From sequence record MG592456.1: a stretch of DNA of 64,000 bases; one strand, 5' to 3'. Under the pieces are notes generated by a model. That model worked only from the letters and a program-made list of their open reading frames with translations, made no database searches and was not told the origin of the DNA. The translations under genes and the position numbers were made by a program. Below, in pieces: positions 1 through 12,009 of this stretch; position 1 is the stretch's first letter, and every line of letters starts with the position of its first letter.

Positions 1-89
1 AGAGAACAGACACGAGTTGATCACTGTCTATGTCAATCACCCAGAACTCGATCGCTATGTCAATCAACAACAACTGTATCTGGTGACTA

Positions 90-230
90 ATGGATGATCT
101 ACGTTGCAGTAGCTGCCAGACTCATGTAGCATGGATGTCTGACTGTGGCCCACATGGCTATGTGATGTGTGACGAATGTTACGCATGGGAACAAGAACAA
201 GAAGCAGAGGAAGATGATGAACATAGTTGA
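90..230 (+). CDS. 46-aa Zn-finger-like protein with acidic tail (not in ORF track)
   Basis: Translated by hand: MDDLRCSSCQTHVAWMSDCGPHGYVMCDECYAWEQEQEAEEDDEHS; CxxC...CxxC; fills the gap between flanking ORFs. Confidence 0.6.
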   Translation: MDDLRCSSCQTHVAWMSDCGPHGYVMCDECYAWEQEQEAEEDDEHS

Positions 231-1389
231 AATCGTTGCAGCTCATGAACGACTGCGACTCGCTGTGCTTGAACTCGCAAATCAACGAATTGAATCGTAC
301 GAGCACGCTGAAAGCTTCACTATGGACGAAGACCACGAATGGTTTCTCGTTAAAGTGTATTACCTTAATCGCCATTTACGTAACATAACCGTTACCTTTC
401 AATCAATCGAAGCAAGGATGAACAAATGAACTTACTTCAAGTAATCGAACTCAATGAAAAGATTCTCAATACTGTGTATGATATCGCTGCACATCATATT
501 AGCCCTGCTGAATACATTGAAGATATATTATGGGACGAAGACAAATATAATGTCGTAATCGCAGACGATCCGTTTGACGGCTGCCCACCCGAGACACGTG
601 TACTCGTAATCTCTCTTGAACAAGTCGAAAGGGAAATTGAACTATGACAAAGAACTTACCTTCCTACCTGCAACATCTAACTGTCGTCGACGGCAATAAA
701 GTTATTGTCTCGTGTCACATGGACGACTGTCTGTTGCGCGAGTGGTTGAATACAAGCAAAACAAAGTTCACCACACACAGCCCATTCGGGAACACGTGTG
801 TTACATTCACTATTAAATGGAAAAGCTAATGGAAAAGCTAATCAACTGGAAAGACGCAAGCAACTTAGGGCTGATGTATCGCATCAACAATGAAATACTA
901 CACCCACTCGGGTTTGCAGTGAGTCGTAACGAAGATGGATCAAGCTCAGGGTTATTACAGAACGTGACCATGAACGAACCAATCTCTTACGATGAACATG
1001 TTCACTCGAAGTACAGCACGAATGTAATGGATAACTTACTGAAGAGCGAAACATCTATTCGCACACAAATCGGTAAGATGTTCGACCTGCCTGAACTATG
1101 GCACAATCTAGCTAATGAAACAAACGCAAGACTGTTTATCAACTCACAAGCATGTAGTGTCGATGAACTCACACCAGAATTCCTTGCTAGCATACGTGAG
1201 TTTACATATGCAGATACCGACCAAAACATCATCAACGGCGAATGCTACTCATGTGATGTCTATGGCACATCAGCATGGCTAAGCAAAGACAAACAGTACT
1301 TGTTGTTCGTTGCAGACGGATGCGGCAATCGCGATATGTATATCTTCCGTACCGCAAACATCGTAACAGAAGATTTAGAACAACACTAA
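214..1389 (+). CDS. Run of 4 hypothetical ORFs (214-429, 426-647, 644-829, 817-1389)
   Basis: Overlapping stop/start tiling; no recognisable motifs. Confidence 0.7.
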
Positions 1390-1453
1390 AACGCTTGACT
1401 CCCCTCCCAAACAATGTAATAATCTCTCTTGTCGAAACACAAGAGAGAATATT

Positions 1454-2356
1454 ATGCATATCACATTACTATCAACACTCGTTATTGCTATCATCTTATT
1501 AGCAATGACCCAACTTAACTTACGCTCAAGCGACGAATTAGAAGCGTTGACTGATGAGATCCACCCAACCACAATTCGTCCAATGACATTACTCGTTATC
1601 GCATTAGCAATGCAAGTCGGTCTAACGTGTATCATCTTCTTACTCGAAACAAAAATCGAAACACTAATGGGAATGAACTAATGGAACATATCACTGGCAG
1701 CTTAATCATCATCACGCTAATTGTATTGGCACTGGCATTCAATCACGTCAAAACATACATGAGCAAATTCGTATATGAATTGACTATGGCTCTTCTAGTA
1801 GGCTGTCAACTCGGACTAACCATCAGAGTACTAATGTCATGACCTATCTGACCATCCTCTTTATACTAACTCTATTCTGTCTCGTCATCGGCACAGTCAA
1901 TATAATCGTTATCCTGCTAATGACTAAAGAAGAAAAGAAAATTCACTTAAACCTAGACTTAGAGGAAAACTCATGATACCCATTGCCATCGCATTCGCTA
2001 TCTGTCTTGTACTAATGCTGCTCATGCATGTGTATTGCACTAAAGCATTAAAGGAATAATATATGTTGACCATCAGTATCATTCTAGCCATCTGTGCATC
2101 ATTTGCTCTCATTAAAACTGCTATCAATTGCTCAAACGACAAAAGATCAAGCAATCTATTCGCAACGTGTAAAAGAAACAAACCTCCCTATAGAGGCGAA
2201 CATATAAAAAATCTCACGTTCGATAGACAATACATCGTTATACGATACAATAGCGCAATAGAAAACAACGATAGACCCACAATCACTATTAAAGACGATA
2301 GCGGCTGTATATCAATATTCCCTGCTGATTACTTTAGTATTAATAATGCAATCTAA
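1454..2356 (+). CDS. Five coupled small membrane proteins (1454-1681, 1681-1842, 1839-1976, 1973-2059, 2063-2356)
   Basis: Each has 1-2 hydrophobic segments; ATGA-type overlaps; 1839-1976 and 1973-2059 translated by hand. Confidence 0.65.
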
Positions 2357-2814
2357 GCAATAACAGACGCTCTCTACGCACGTGTGTGAACCGCACAACA
2401 TCTTATAACGCAATGCACTGCATTTCACGATATAACAGCTCTGTGATCGTCTCACAGCGTATTAGAGCGTGTTTTATGTACTGATTAATGTAATCAAATT
2501 AGTTTTGGCGCACCCTGCCTCGTTTTATTAGCGAAATATAGAGATATTTTGTCAGAAATGCAGTAAGTGTTTGATATTCGATATGAAACACGGATAGACT
2601 AGGCTGTGTGTGGTATGGTAAGATAGGCTTTAAAATCTGAAATAATACCACGCGGTAAGATCTATCGTTGATTATCAAGGGTTGGCGACGGATGCTACTG
2701 CATTTCGAAAAGGCCTTTCCACTTGCCATGCACATCCTTCAGAGGTTGTCAACTGGTTGCATATGCCGCTTGCGGTGTGTTATTCTGTTTATTCACTTAC
2801 AATGAGAGGTTTTT
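2357..2814. other. Non-coding region, candidate replication origin or packaging/terminal site
   Basis: No convincing ORF; + strand looks C-rich before and G-rich after; ACTGCATTTC at 2417-2426 (+), 2555-2564 (-), 2697-2706 (+); short inverted repeats. Confidence 0.4.
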
Positions 2815-3966
2815 ATGTTAACGAACACGTTAATTCCAGAAATGGTAGATCCGTTGGGGAAATATTGGACACAGCCTAGTCGTTTGAACGTATTAGTTGA
2901 CCGTGCTTATGCTAGTATGAGTCGCAATGCATTCAGTATACTTGCTGATTACAGTCATTCGCGTCCGACGGGAGTGTATGCGGGTAAGATGTGGAAAGCG
3001 AATATCGATGGTGTGTGGTATTTGAAGTGGTATGGTCCAGAGAAAGATCGTCGCTTTGATATCTTGACTAGAGAGTTATTGGTAGATGGTAAAGCGCCAT
3101 GAGTCATGAACAAGTGATAATGTCGTGGTGGTATGTGAATATGTTATTGAATTTAGTCATTGCCGCTAGCGTTTATTTCGTTAAACGCGAGAAATGGCTA
3201 AGATGTATTGACAAATGTGCGATTTGCCTGCTATTATCGTGGGCATTATTGTTAATATCGATGATTATATTCTAGAGGTTACTATGTACGTAAGACAAAT
3301 ATTCAAAGATTTACAAGTTGGTGATGTGATTTACCACATTAATCCGTTTGCTTGTGGTGTTCAGACTGACGTTGAGATAAAGACGATAGTCGTTGAAGAT
3401 ATCGAGCGTTCTTTCTTGTTCGGTATGTTCGGTGAAGATATCGTTTACTTTAGCGGTGATGGTAGCAGGAATGATAGAATGTTCCTGAACGACATGGATT
3501 ATGGGTGCAAGTTCACTACTACTTGCCTGAAAGACGCTCAAGCATACTTGGAAAACGTGCATGAAGGGTTTTTTTCTCATGAAGTTAGTCTCCATCACGA
3601 GGCTGTGCTTGCACAATATCGTTAATATTCGTTGATTCATTGAAGATTCTGCAATAGGTGCCTAGAGTGCCATTGCAGAATGTATAATAATAGTCGTATT
3701 TGACTGAGGAAAGTATAATGCAAGTAACATTACCACGTGGGATTCGTATAGAGATTGTCGATAATGACAATTTAATTTGGGCTGTTGGTACCCGAGCGAC
3801 GTTGGCATTTGAAGAAGTGATTGGTAGTAATCGTAGTAATAACGTATGGTGTGTGATTGACGGTGAGACGATGACCAGTTCCTTGCCGTTTGAGCAGTGT
3901 AAAATCGTTACTGACAATTTCAAGAAATCATTTAAGGGGTTTAGACATGCGCTACACGTTAGATAA
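2815..3966 (+). CDS. Hypothetical ORFs 2815-3102, 3284-3625, 3718-3966
   Basis: RBS-like GAGG upstream of each; plus-strand tiling. Confidence 0.7.
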
Positions 3967-4483
3967 GAATAGAACAATAATTCAATTCGGCACTAAATTT
4001 TTCAACGTATTAGACACTGGTGTGTCGACTTCAGCGTATGCGAAAGACGATGTCATTTTTTCTGATGAATGCAACATCTATGGCGGCATATTTCATGGTG
4101 GCGAATTTAATGGTGGTGAATTTAATGGCGGCATCTTCCATGATGGTGAATTTCATGATGGTGAATTTAACGGGGGAGTCTTCCGTGATGGTATATTTCA
4201 TGGTGGGGTCTTCCGTGACGGGGGATTTAATGGTGGCATATTTCACGGTGGCTTCTTCCAAGCTGGCTGGCTACCTTTACAGATTCAAGGGTCTCGCCAT
4301 TTTGTCAATATACCCGACGGGGTCAATATAAGAATAGGATGTCGACTTCACAGTGTCGAGTATTGGCTAAAAAACTTCGAACACATTGGTGAAATTGAAG
4401 AGTACCGTCCTGAACAAATCGCAGAATATAAATCGTATATCGATTTAGCTGCTACTATGATTACTAACGCTAAGGTGGTTTAG
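3947..4483 (+). CDS. Pentapeptide (G-G/D-x-F-x) repeat protein
   Basis: About 12 tandem GGIFH/GGEFN/DGEFH/GGVFR units, then a C-terminal IGC..HS..YW domain; ATG at 3947. Confidence 0.75.
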   Translation: MRYTLDKNRTIIQFGTKFFNVLDTGVSTSAYAKDDVIFSDECNIYGGIFHGGEFNGGEFNGGIFHDGEFHDGEFNGGVFRDGIFHGGVFRDGGFNGGIFHGGFFQAGWLPLQIQGSRHFVNIPDGVNIRIGCRLHSVEYWLKNFEHIGEIEEYRPEQIAEYKSYIDLAATMITNAKVV

Positions 4484-4485
4484 AC

Positions 4486-5643
4486 ATGGACTTTAGACCT
4501 GCAATACAAGCTGAATTTCGCAGTCATACTGATTATCTCTTGCCTGTTGAGTCGTTAGAACGTCTGAACATTCAAATTCAAGAACAATGTCCCGAGTGGG
4601 GATACATCTATACTGATGGTTGTTTATCGTTAGACACGGGTGACCGTGATTTCTTATTCGACTTGATAGCTGTAGAGCTTGGTGCAAGTGCTTGGCCATG
4701 CAACGGTGATTCAGATGAAGTGAAAGTTGCGTTTGCAGATTGCCTATCTGTCTTGGAGAAGGTATAATGTCAGTTATGTTCACGTGGTTTTTAGTTAATT
4801 TGATTGCATCAGTGGTGAGTATTCGCCTCGATGCTTATCAAGGTAGAGTTATGAATCCGAATGCCACGTATATTGACATGTTCGATATGCTGTTGGATAT
4901 AAGTTGGGCTGGTTACATCGCTGTGTTGATAGTGTTATAAGGGAATTTATGAAAGACTCAATTGTAAAAGAAATCGAGCGAATGGTTGCTGTAAGAGCCG
5001 AGCGAATGGTAAGTGGTGATTTAAAGTATCAAGAGAAGTACGAAGATCTAACGTCCATGTTACGTGAGCTGATTCAAGACGCGGAACTCCTCAAGAAAGA
5101 AATGGATGAAAATCATCTTACCTTTTCCGCCATTGAAGCCGAAGGCTATATGCGTTTTGCATTGGCTGTTAAATGCTTGCTTGAGGATTAGTTATGTACA
5201 CTGATATTGAAATTTTCAAAACTAATACGTGTATAAAGTCAGTTCATGGGCTTGCGCGAGTGTGTAATGTAGCTGAATCGCCCATCGATGGTGGTGTTGA
5301 AGTGTATTATCTCGCTGTAGATGAGTTCACAGACATGAATTTCGCCGATAGTGAATTGCCAAGCCTTGATAGTCAGGTGTACGTGGGGACTTGGAGCAAG
5401 AAATATATTACAAGTTTGGGCTTGGTGCCTAGGGAGCTGTGAGTTATGTCGATAGAAAATCTGTCAAGTACCGTTATCATATGGTTTGCTATCAATAGCG
5501 TATTCACCTTGTTAGCGTTATGTCTCGATTATTCTTACTCGAAACTGACGAAATTTCAGATAAAAATGACTGAACGGCTCTACGGATGTCTGGTTTATAG
5601 CTGGTTATTGTGGTCTGTATTGATTTTATACGAAACAAAGTGA
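4486..5643 (+). CDS. Hypothetical ORFs 4486-4767, 4767-4940, 4949-5191, 5194-5442, 5446-5643 (two are membrane proteins)
   Basis: Tight tiling; hydrophobic segments in 4767-4940 and 5446-5643. Confidence 0.65.
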
Positions 5644-5703
5644 TTAAAAACAGTGATTTAGCTGTTTATTTGATAAAAAGTTGGTAAAAATGTCAAAAAG
5701 TGG

Positions 5704-5787
5704 TTGTGGTGAGTGGTGATAAAGCCTATTATAGCTCTATCGAAACGAAATAACTCGTTGAGACCACTTAGAGAGAACATTATTATG
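5704..5787 (+). promoter_or_regulatory. Early promoter/leader module copy 1
   Basis: TTGTGG-17nt-TATTAT then AGCTCTATCGAAAC...AGAGAACATTATTATG. Confidence 0.8.
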
Positions 5788-6309
5788 CCTAGCAACTTAA
5801 ACAAATTAAGCGTTAAAGAAATCAAGTCAACTGGTTATTCATCTGTAATTTTCAAAGATTTCTTGGTGATTGCCTCTAGTGCTGACGAGGGTTTGAAAAT
5901 ATCAGCAACTGCTGGCAACGTAGTCGTCGCTGACGTGACAGCTTCTACAATGAAAGCAGCTAAAGCATTGCTTGCAACTGCGCTAAACGAGCTTGAATTG
6001 ACTGCTGAAGCGGTTAAACAGCTAGCGACTAAGCATGGTTTAACTGAATTATCGACCCCAGTGAACGTCGTTATAGAAGCTGCTGTAGATGCTGCTGTAG
6101 AGAAAGTTTTCCCTGAGAAGAAATTAACTCGCTGGGAAAAAGCACGTGCAACTGTAGCAGTCGCTGCTGAGTCACTAGGGTTTAGCGCTGTTAAGTTCGA
6201 GAAACGTGGCAAGTATCAAGACTGGTTTATCACTGCTCTTGACGCTGAAGCGGCTGTATTCGAGCAACGTCTAGATGTATTCCGCAAGAAACTTCGTGAA
6301 ATGAAATAA
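5785..6309 (+). CDS. Early hypothetical protein, paralog of 13743-14264
   Basis: Shared motif FE.RGKY.DWFI.A.D.....F.QRLDVFRKKLR. Confidence 0.8.
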   Translation: MPSNLNKLSVKEIKSTGYSSVIFKDFLVIASSADEGLKISATAGNVVVADVTASTMKAAKALLATALNELELTAEAVKQLATKHGLTELSTPVNVVIEAAVDAAVEKVFPEKKLTRWEKARATVAVAAESLGFSAVKFEKRGKYQDWFITALDAEAAVFEQRLDVFRKKLREMK

Positions 6310-6315
6310 AAATGG

Positions 6316-6382
6316 TTGTGTGGGCGAGTCAAATCGCCTATACTAGCTTTATTGAAACGCAACTTACAGAGAACATTATGAC
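6316..6382 (+). promoter_or_regulatory. Early promoter/leader module copy 2
   Basis: TTGTGT-17-TATACT then AGCTTTATTGAAACGCAACTTACAGAGAACATTATGAC. Confidence 0.85.
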
Positions 6383-7745
6383 TTCAGTTACTAAGCACAG
6401 CCCAGCACACAAGTTCGTCGAAGGTCAAGCAATTTCTGATCCTCGCTTTCCAAAGCTGCGTTTTGAGTTTGTTGAATACCGCCCGCTGCATACAAGTCGC
6501 ACGTTCGACAATAGACTTTCGTATCAAGATTGTGTAGTACTTGACGTCAAAGATGGTATTAAAATCATCTTAGATTCTGCTGATTTCGTACCAGCATAAC
6601 ACCCGCATATACTAGCTTTATCAAAAACAAGGAAAACATTATGTCAGAACTTAAACAAAAAGTACTAGCCGCGCTTACATCGACTTTAACGTCACCACGT
6701 GCGATTGCTTACAAGTTAGCAGACGCTGCTATTGCTGAATCAAAGAGCCCTACTGCTGACCGCAAACTGATCGTCGCCTTGATGACTCGTGAAGTACATG
6801 CCATTCTTCATGCCGCTGCTGCTCGTGATGAAATCGCACATAGTGCCGGTTATATTCATACTGGTCAAGTTATTCCTAGCGCGGTTGACACTGTTAAAGA
6901 ACAAGTCGAACACAATCTAGCGAACTTTGAACTTGCCAAAGACGAAGTTGAATTATCAACTACCGGTTACGTTAACGTGTTTAGCACTAAGGTTTAATAT
7001 GAGCGAGTCTATGATCGTAGTTTTAGTGGTGATATGCATTGTCGCGAATATAGGCTCATTTTATTTCTGGGCGCACTTTGATTTGACTAGAAATTGGTCT
7101 TATCTCTCGGTGATTTGCTGGGTAATTGGATTCCTCGCCACAGCATTTATGATGGCGATATATGCAGTAGACAATATTCTCGATGCGTTAAATCGCGTCA
7201 AGATTATTGGCTGGCTGACTAAGGATAGGAGCAGGAAATGAGATTTCGAGTTTACGACCCTCGCGATGGTGAGTGGTGGATGTACGATTCATGCGATATT
7301 GCAACAAGCAAGCTAGATGCGTATGTATTCGATACAGAAAATGCAGATGACATGGCTAATCTAGAAGCTGATATGAATGTAATTCTCTTGAAGCGCGTTC
7401 GATTGGTTCTGACAACGGATCCATCACCATCAGCAGAAAACGGTTGCACTTAGCATTCACCGTGTTATAATGTCGTCGACATTAAAGGAGTACGACATGG
7501 CACATCAAGCAACAGCACCAGAAAATCACTGGTCACAGTATTATACAGCCGATCAAGCCGCAGAGTGTTTATCATATTTCCCGCATTCAGAGTTTGGTAA
7601 AACAACACCCGAACGTGCTGCTTTATCTAGCAAACTATGGAATGATATTGGCCCAGAACAACCATTGCACGAGCATTGGGGTGTTTTAACAGAAGCCGAG
7701 CAAAAAGAATTAGAAACGGCTTACATTAACGAATACGAATATTAA
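6378..7745 (+). CDS. Hypothetical ORFs 6378-6599, 6641-6997, 6999-7241 (membrane), 7238-7453, 7497-7745
   Basis: Starts reassigned to the ATG after each leader/RBS. Confidence 0.7.
6585..6643 (+). promoter_or_regulatory. Early promoter/leader module copy 3 (weak -35)
   Basis: TATACT at 6608-6613 then AGCTTTATCAAAAAC...AACATTATG. Confidence 0.65.
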
Positions 7746-7755
7746 GGGTGAATAA

Positions 7756-9093
7756 ATGTATACAGTATCGACAAACAACGACCCGAATCTAGTACCAGTG
7801 AAGTTGCCATGTTCAGCTAGATTGAAATTGACCGAACAGCTCTTGGTTGGACAATTGTCACTTGTGCCGATGGCGAACACGGGGCTTGATAGTGACGAGT
7901 ATTTGCTTGCTACTGTAAGCCGATTTTTACGGGTCACTGAAACGGGTGTAAACTGCAAAATCGACCCCCTATTACGAATTTCAGTGGATGTTTCTCCTGA
8001 AGAGTCGCTGTTTTACGAATGGGCTGACGGTATTTGGAAAGACGGTAGACTGTTCTATGCAAGTGATGAGACGAAAACGTATCGGTCTATTAAAAAAGGG
8101 GATCAATATCCCGTATACGATGCCGATGGTAGCTTGGTATCTAGTGGTAAAGTCGTTGCAATTTCCGCAGATCAAATGGTATTGAACGTAGATGGTGCAT
8201 TTATTGTAATGGACTCGGTCAGTCTACCATACACTACGGGATCGGCCGCGGCGCATAACGCGTATAGCACATGTGGTGAGTATTACATTGACGGTGTCTT
8301 TGTATCAGACTCCCAATATCTGCTGAATTTAACAAAACAGGGTTAGGCAAAATGATTACGTCATTATCCCATTGCGAATGTCCCGAGTGTGGTCAAGACT
8401 ACGCGGGATTGAGCATTTATAGCTCAAGTGAACTTGAGATTAGTATGATTTCTTGTTCTGAATGCGGCTTTCGTGTAGAAGACACCGTCAACGAAGACGA
8501 GTTAACCGAACAATTCCTCCAAATTTATAATGGTGAGTTAAATGATTAAATTTTCACGGACAAAAGAGCTAGTGAATAAAACCGTTCCCGTCCCGGATAT
8601 GGCATCAGCGCGAGTCCAAACGTTTCACGCGAGTTATGTAGGCAAGTTGAGTTGGATGCCAGCCGGGTCTACTGGCACCATCCCCGGATACTTGCTAGCT
8701 AACGACAATACGTTTCTGCGCGTGGATTCGTCTAGTGTAAACAATTCCCCGCGACACGAAAATTATCCTAAAGTTCAAGTAAATCTCAAAATTGAGAATC
8801 GTGATTGGATATGGTACGATTGTATATGGGAAGATGGCCGTTTATTCGCACAGTATCGCGAACATGATTTCGTGGACAGCCACAAGCCGGTTGCCATAGG
8901 TGATGAGTTCGCAGTCGACTATCTTGGCATTTCTGAAGACGAGCGTGACGAAGTGGTTGCAAAAGTTGTATTAGTGCGAGATAATGCACTTGTGGTCGAA
9001 GTTGAGTTCAATAACGACCTAGCGGTATTCGAAGGTGGGCAAGACAGTACGTGCGGGATGTATCGCCTGTATGAAACTCTGCTAGCCAAGTAA
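7756..9093 (+). CDS. Paralog pair 7756-8346 and 8542-9093 flanking a Zn-ribbon ORF 8352-8549
   Basis: Shared SAR....VG.LS..P...YLLA...FLRV...VN...W.D.IW.DGRLF; middle ORF has CPECG...CSECG. Confidence 0.75.
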
Positions 9094-9119
9094 TCAACAG
9101 TAATTTACAGAGGTTTAAA

Positions 9120-11092
9120 ATGAGCATATTAGTAGTAGGTGGGTTAATCATTCTTATCGGTATCATCTTAGGATGGTTACTTTTCAATCTAACGTTTTTC
9201 CGTTTCCTAGTAATGATGGTGTTAGGACTAATCGAAGCAATTCTTGTACTAGCGTTATTCGGGGGTTAGTTATGCGAATAGTACCTTCAAAAGCACAGAC
9301 GGAATACACCAAGACGCAATTAAGAGCGCAAATGACCGGCACGTTGTTCGTGTGCTTAACTGAACCGAATGAGAATCGTCATTATATGCTGGCATCCCGA
9401 ATCGGGGATGGTGGGACGAGTATTGTTGATTTAATCAATGGTACGATACATAGTCTCGACGACTTTCCTGGTGGTGCGGTGTTTCACAAAGTCGATGGTG
9501 TATTGACGATTGACTAAGGGCACCGTTATGAGACAGAACATAGTTGATGCAGTAAGCGCCATTGATGGGACCTCGATATTAGTCGCATTAGCTCTTGTCG
9601 TGATTGCCTACCTATGCAATGTGCTTTATGACATTTATAAAAAGGACGACGAATGAGCATTTTAACACTAGCAGAACTAGCAGTTGACCATCCGTATTAC
9701 TGCGAAACCTCTAATTACTTCAGCAATGATTGGAACATGACGTTCGAAACGGTCACGGATTTCTTAGCTGAGTTCGATGAAACAACCGACCTCAATATGA
9801 ACCATGTTTTCCGATGGGACGTTAAACCCGACGATGACGGGTACAGCGCTTATGTGTATTTCATGCTTCAGCGCAAAGGTATCTTTATGCCGTGTACAAT
9901 CGAGCGAATTGTTGAAAGTGACGTACCTGCGTTTGTAGAGTTCTTACGCAAGCACCGTGATCATCAAGCTAAAATGTGGGCACCGTTATGATGCAGATTA
10001 TAGGCTTCATTAGTCTGGCTCACTTGCTCAATATTATGCTAGTGTTTATTTGGAAGACTATTTCCCACGTATATTGGGTTAAGCAAAGTCGTTTTGACGA
10101 TAGTACTCCGCTACTGACACTAGATGTTTTGAAAGAGAACGCCAATGCAGCGATATGTTATCCGGAGTTGATTCATTCGCTGTATAAAAGGAGACGTAAA
10201 TGAACACATCAGAGCCGTGGTACAGAGCTTGGCGTCGAGCCGAAGCACATATGTTACCGATGACTGTTGAAGGTGTAGAGCGTGCTAATATACGCGCTGC
10301 TGCATTCAAGTCAGGTTATGAAGCGGGTGTCAAAGGTGCAGCACATGCGCTTGAGACCGAGCATAGTGAAGTCAAGAAAACACATAGCTTTTTTTACCTC
10401 GCCTCGGAGATGGTAAGAAAGTTAATTTAACAAAGGAGGGCATTATGCCTTTATCAGAAATATTTTTCGTCACTCTTACCGTGCTAGGTGCAATTGCACT
10501 GGCTTACGTAGTGATAGCGGTTTTTGCGTTCTTCGTATTGATTGCGTACGCGAATCTGCTAGACGGTACATGGTCTTGGAGACGATTGAAATTGAAATTG
10601 AGTCGCAAGGATAGCAAGCGATGGAAATAATCACGTTTGCCTGTGCTCTATACATGCTGATAGCGATAGTGGTATTCATTTTCCATATCGCGCATCACGT
10701 AGTCACCGGGTATCAGCGCCATCGGAAAAATTCGGCTCATCCAATGTGTATGGATAAAGGGCAAGTACTTTTATACGCTGGGATATCACTTGCGTGGTTA
10801 CCCGCATTAATCATTCTCAAACTGTAGGAAATATAAAATGGAAATCTTTAAAGTTATACTTGGCGGGTTAATACTCGCGGTAATGGTCGTAATCGGTTTT
10901 GTATGGAGCATTATTGAAATCATAGCTGCCATCTGTATCTGGATTGTACTTGCGGCTGTTGCTGCACTCTCCGCGATTGTAGCTGGGGTTGTTACTCTCG
11001 TTGCTTATCCGTTTGTGAAGTACGGCGAATGGAAAGAGAAACGTCGTCTAGATGCTCTCCGTCGCGCTGCTGAAGCTGATAAGGACTTGTAA
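9120..11092 (+). CDS. Cluster of small ORFs, many hydrophobic (9120-9269, 9272-9517, 9528-9656, 9653-9991, 9988-10203, 10200-10430, 10445-10630, 10621-10827, 10838-11092)
   Basis: Tiling with overlaps; 9120-9269 and 9528-9656 translated by hand and hydrophobic. Confidence 0.65.
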
Positions 11093-11948
11093 TGCAATTC
11101 AGCGTAAACTTATATACTGCATCATTGCAGATGAAAGATTGGGTCATACTCGAATTTCCAAATGATGTAGCGTATAAGCTACGTCCTGACGAAGCAAATC
11201 TTGAGAACATCGAAGAGATATCGAGAGACTACATGGGAAACGACGTTAGTGGTTCGAGTCGTGGTGTTAAAACGTGTACGAAGAGCGTATGGAAAAAGAA
11301 AGGTGTTTTGACCTTTGATGTCATGCGTATGTTCGTACATAAAAATCGTCGTGAATATTGCACAGAGGACGGCATATGAAACTCGCAGAAATGATAGCAA
11401 ATCTAGATAAGTCGGATCAAAACGAATATAACATGGTCTGGGATTTAGAACAGTTCCGCCAAGAGCTAGACATTGCGTATTTCGACGCACAACAAGATCA
11501 AGATAATCCGCGTCTTCGTGGCTACTGGATGGCCAATCACTACTGTACAGACACGTACGTGGGTTTCAGAGCGTATTTCTTAGACGACACGTTTGTTTGT
11601 CTCAGTAGCCAGCCAGCTCGGAAGTCAGATGAATACTTCCAATGGGTAAGTGATGAAGCGCAAGTTCAAGTTCGTGATTATATCCTTTCTCTTCGTGACG
11701 AAGATGAATTCGAATATGATTCTAACCATTTAGACATGAATGAAGATTGGGATGACGGCTATCCTGTTCAATACGTTGGGCAGTTGCTGACTAAAGAAGT
11801 TCTTTATCAACGTTCGCTAGTGAAAGTCGTCAAAGAAGAATCGATGATTGATGGTGAATATAATTTCCATACTATTACGATTGAGAAAGATGGTGAGAAC
11901 ATCGACTGTGACATTCGTGATATATTAGTTCCGTGGAAAGTGAATTAA
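11092..11948 (+). CDS. Hypothetical ORFs 11092-11379 and 11376-11948
   Basis: Coupled starts; second is acidic. Confidence 0.7.
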
Positions 11949-11951
11949 CGG

Positions 11952-12009
11952 TTTACATTCGTTTCGATACAGCCTACTATAGCTTTATCGAAACGAGGAG
12001 ATCATTATG
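11952..12009 (+). promoter_or_regulatory. Early promoter/leader module copy 4
   Basis: TTTACA-17-TACTAT then AGCTTTATCGAAACGAGGAGATCATTATG. Confidence 0.85.
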
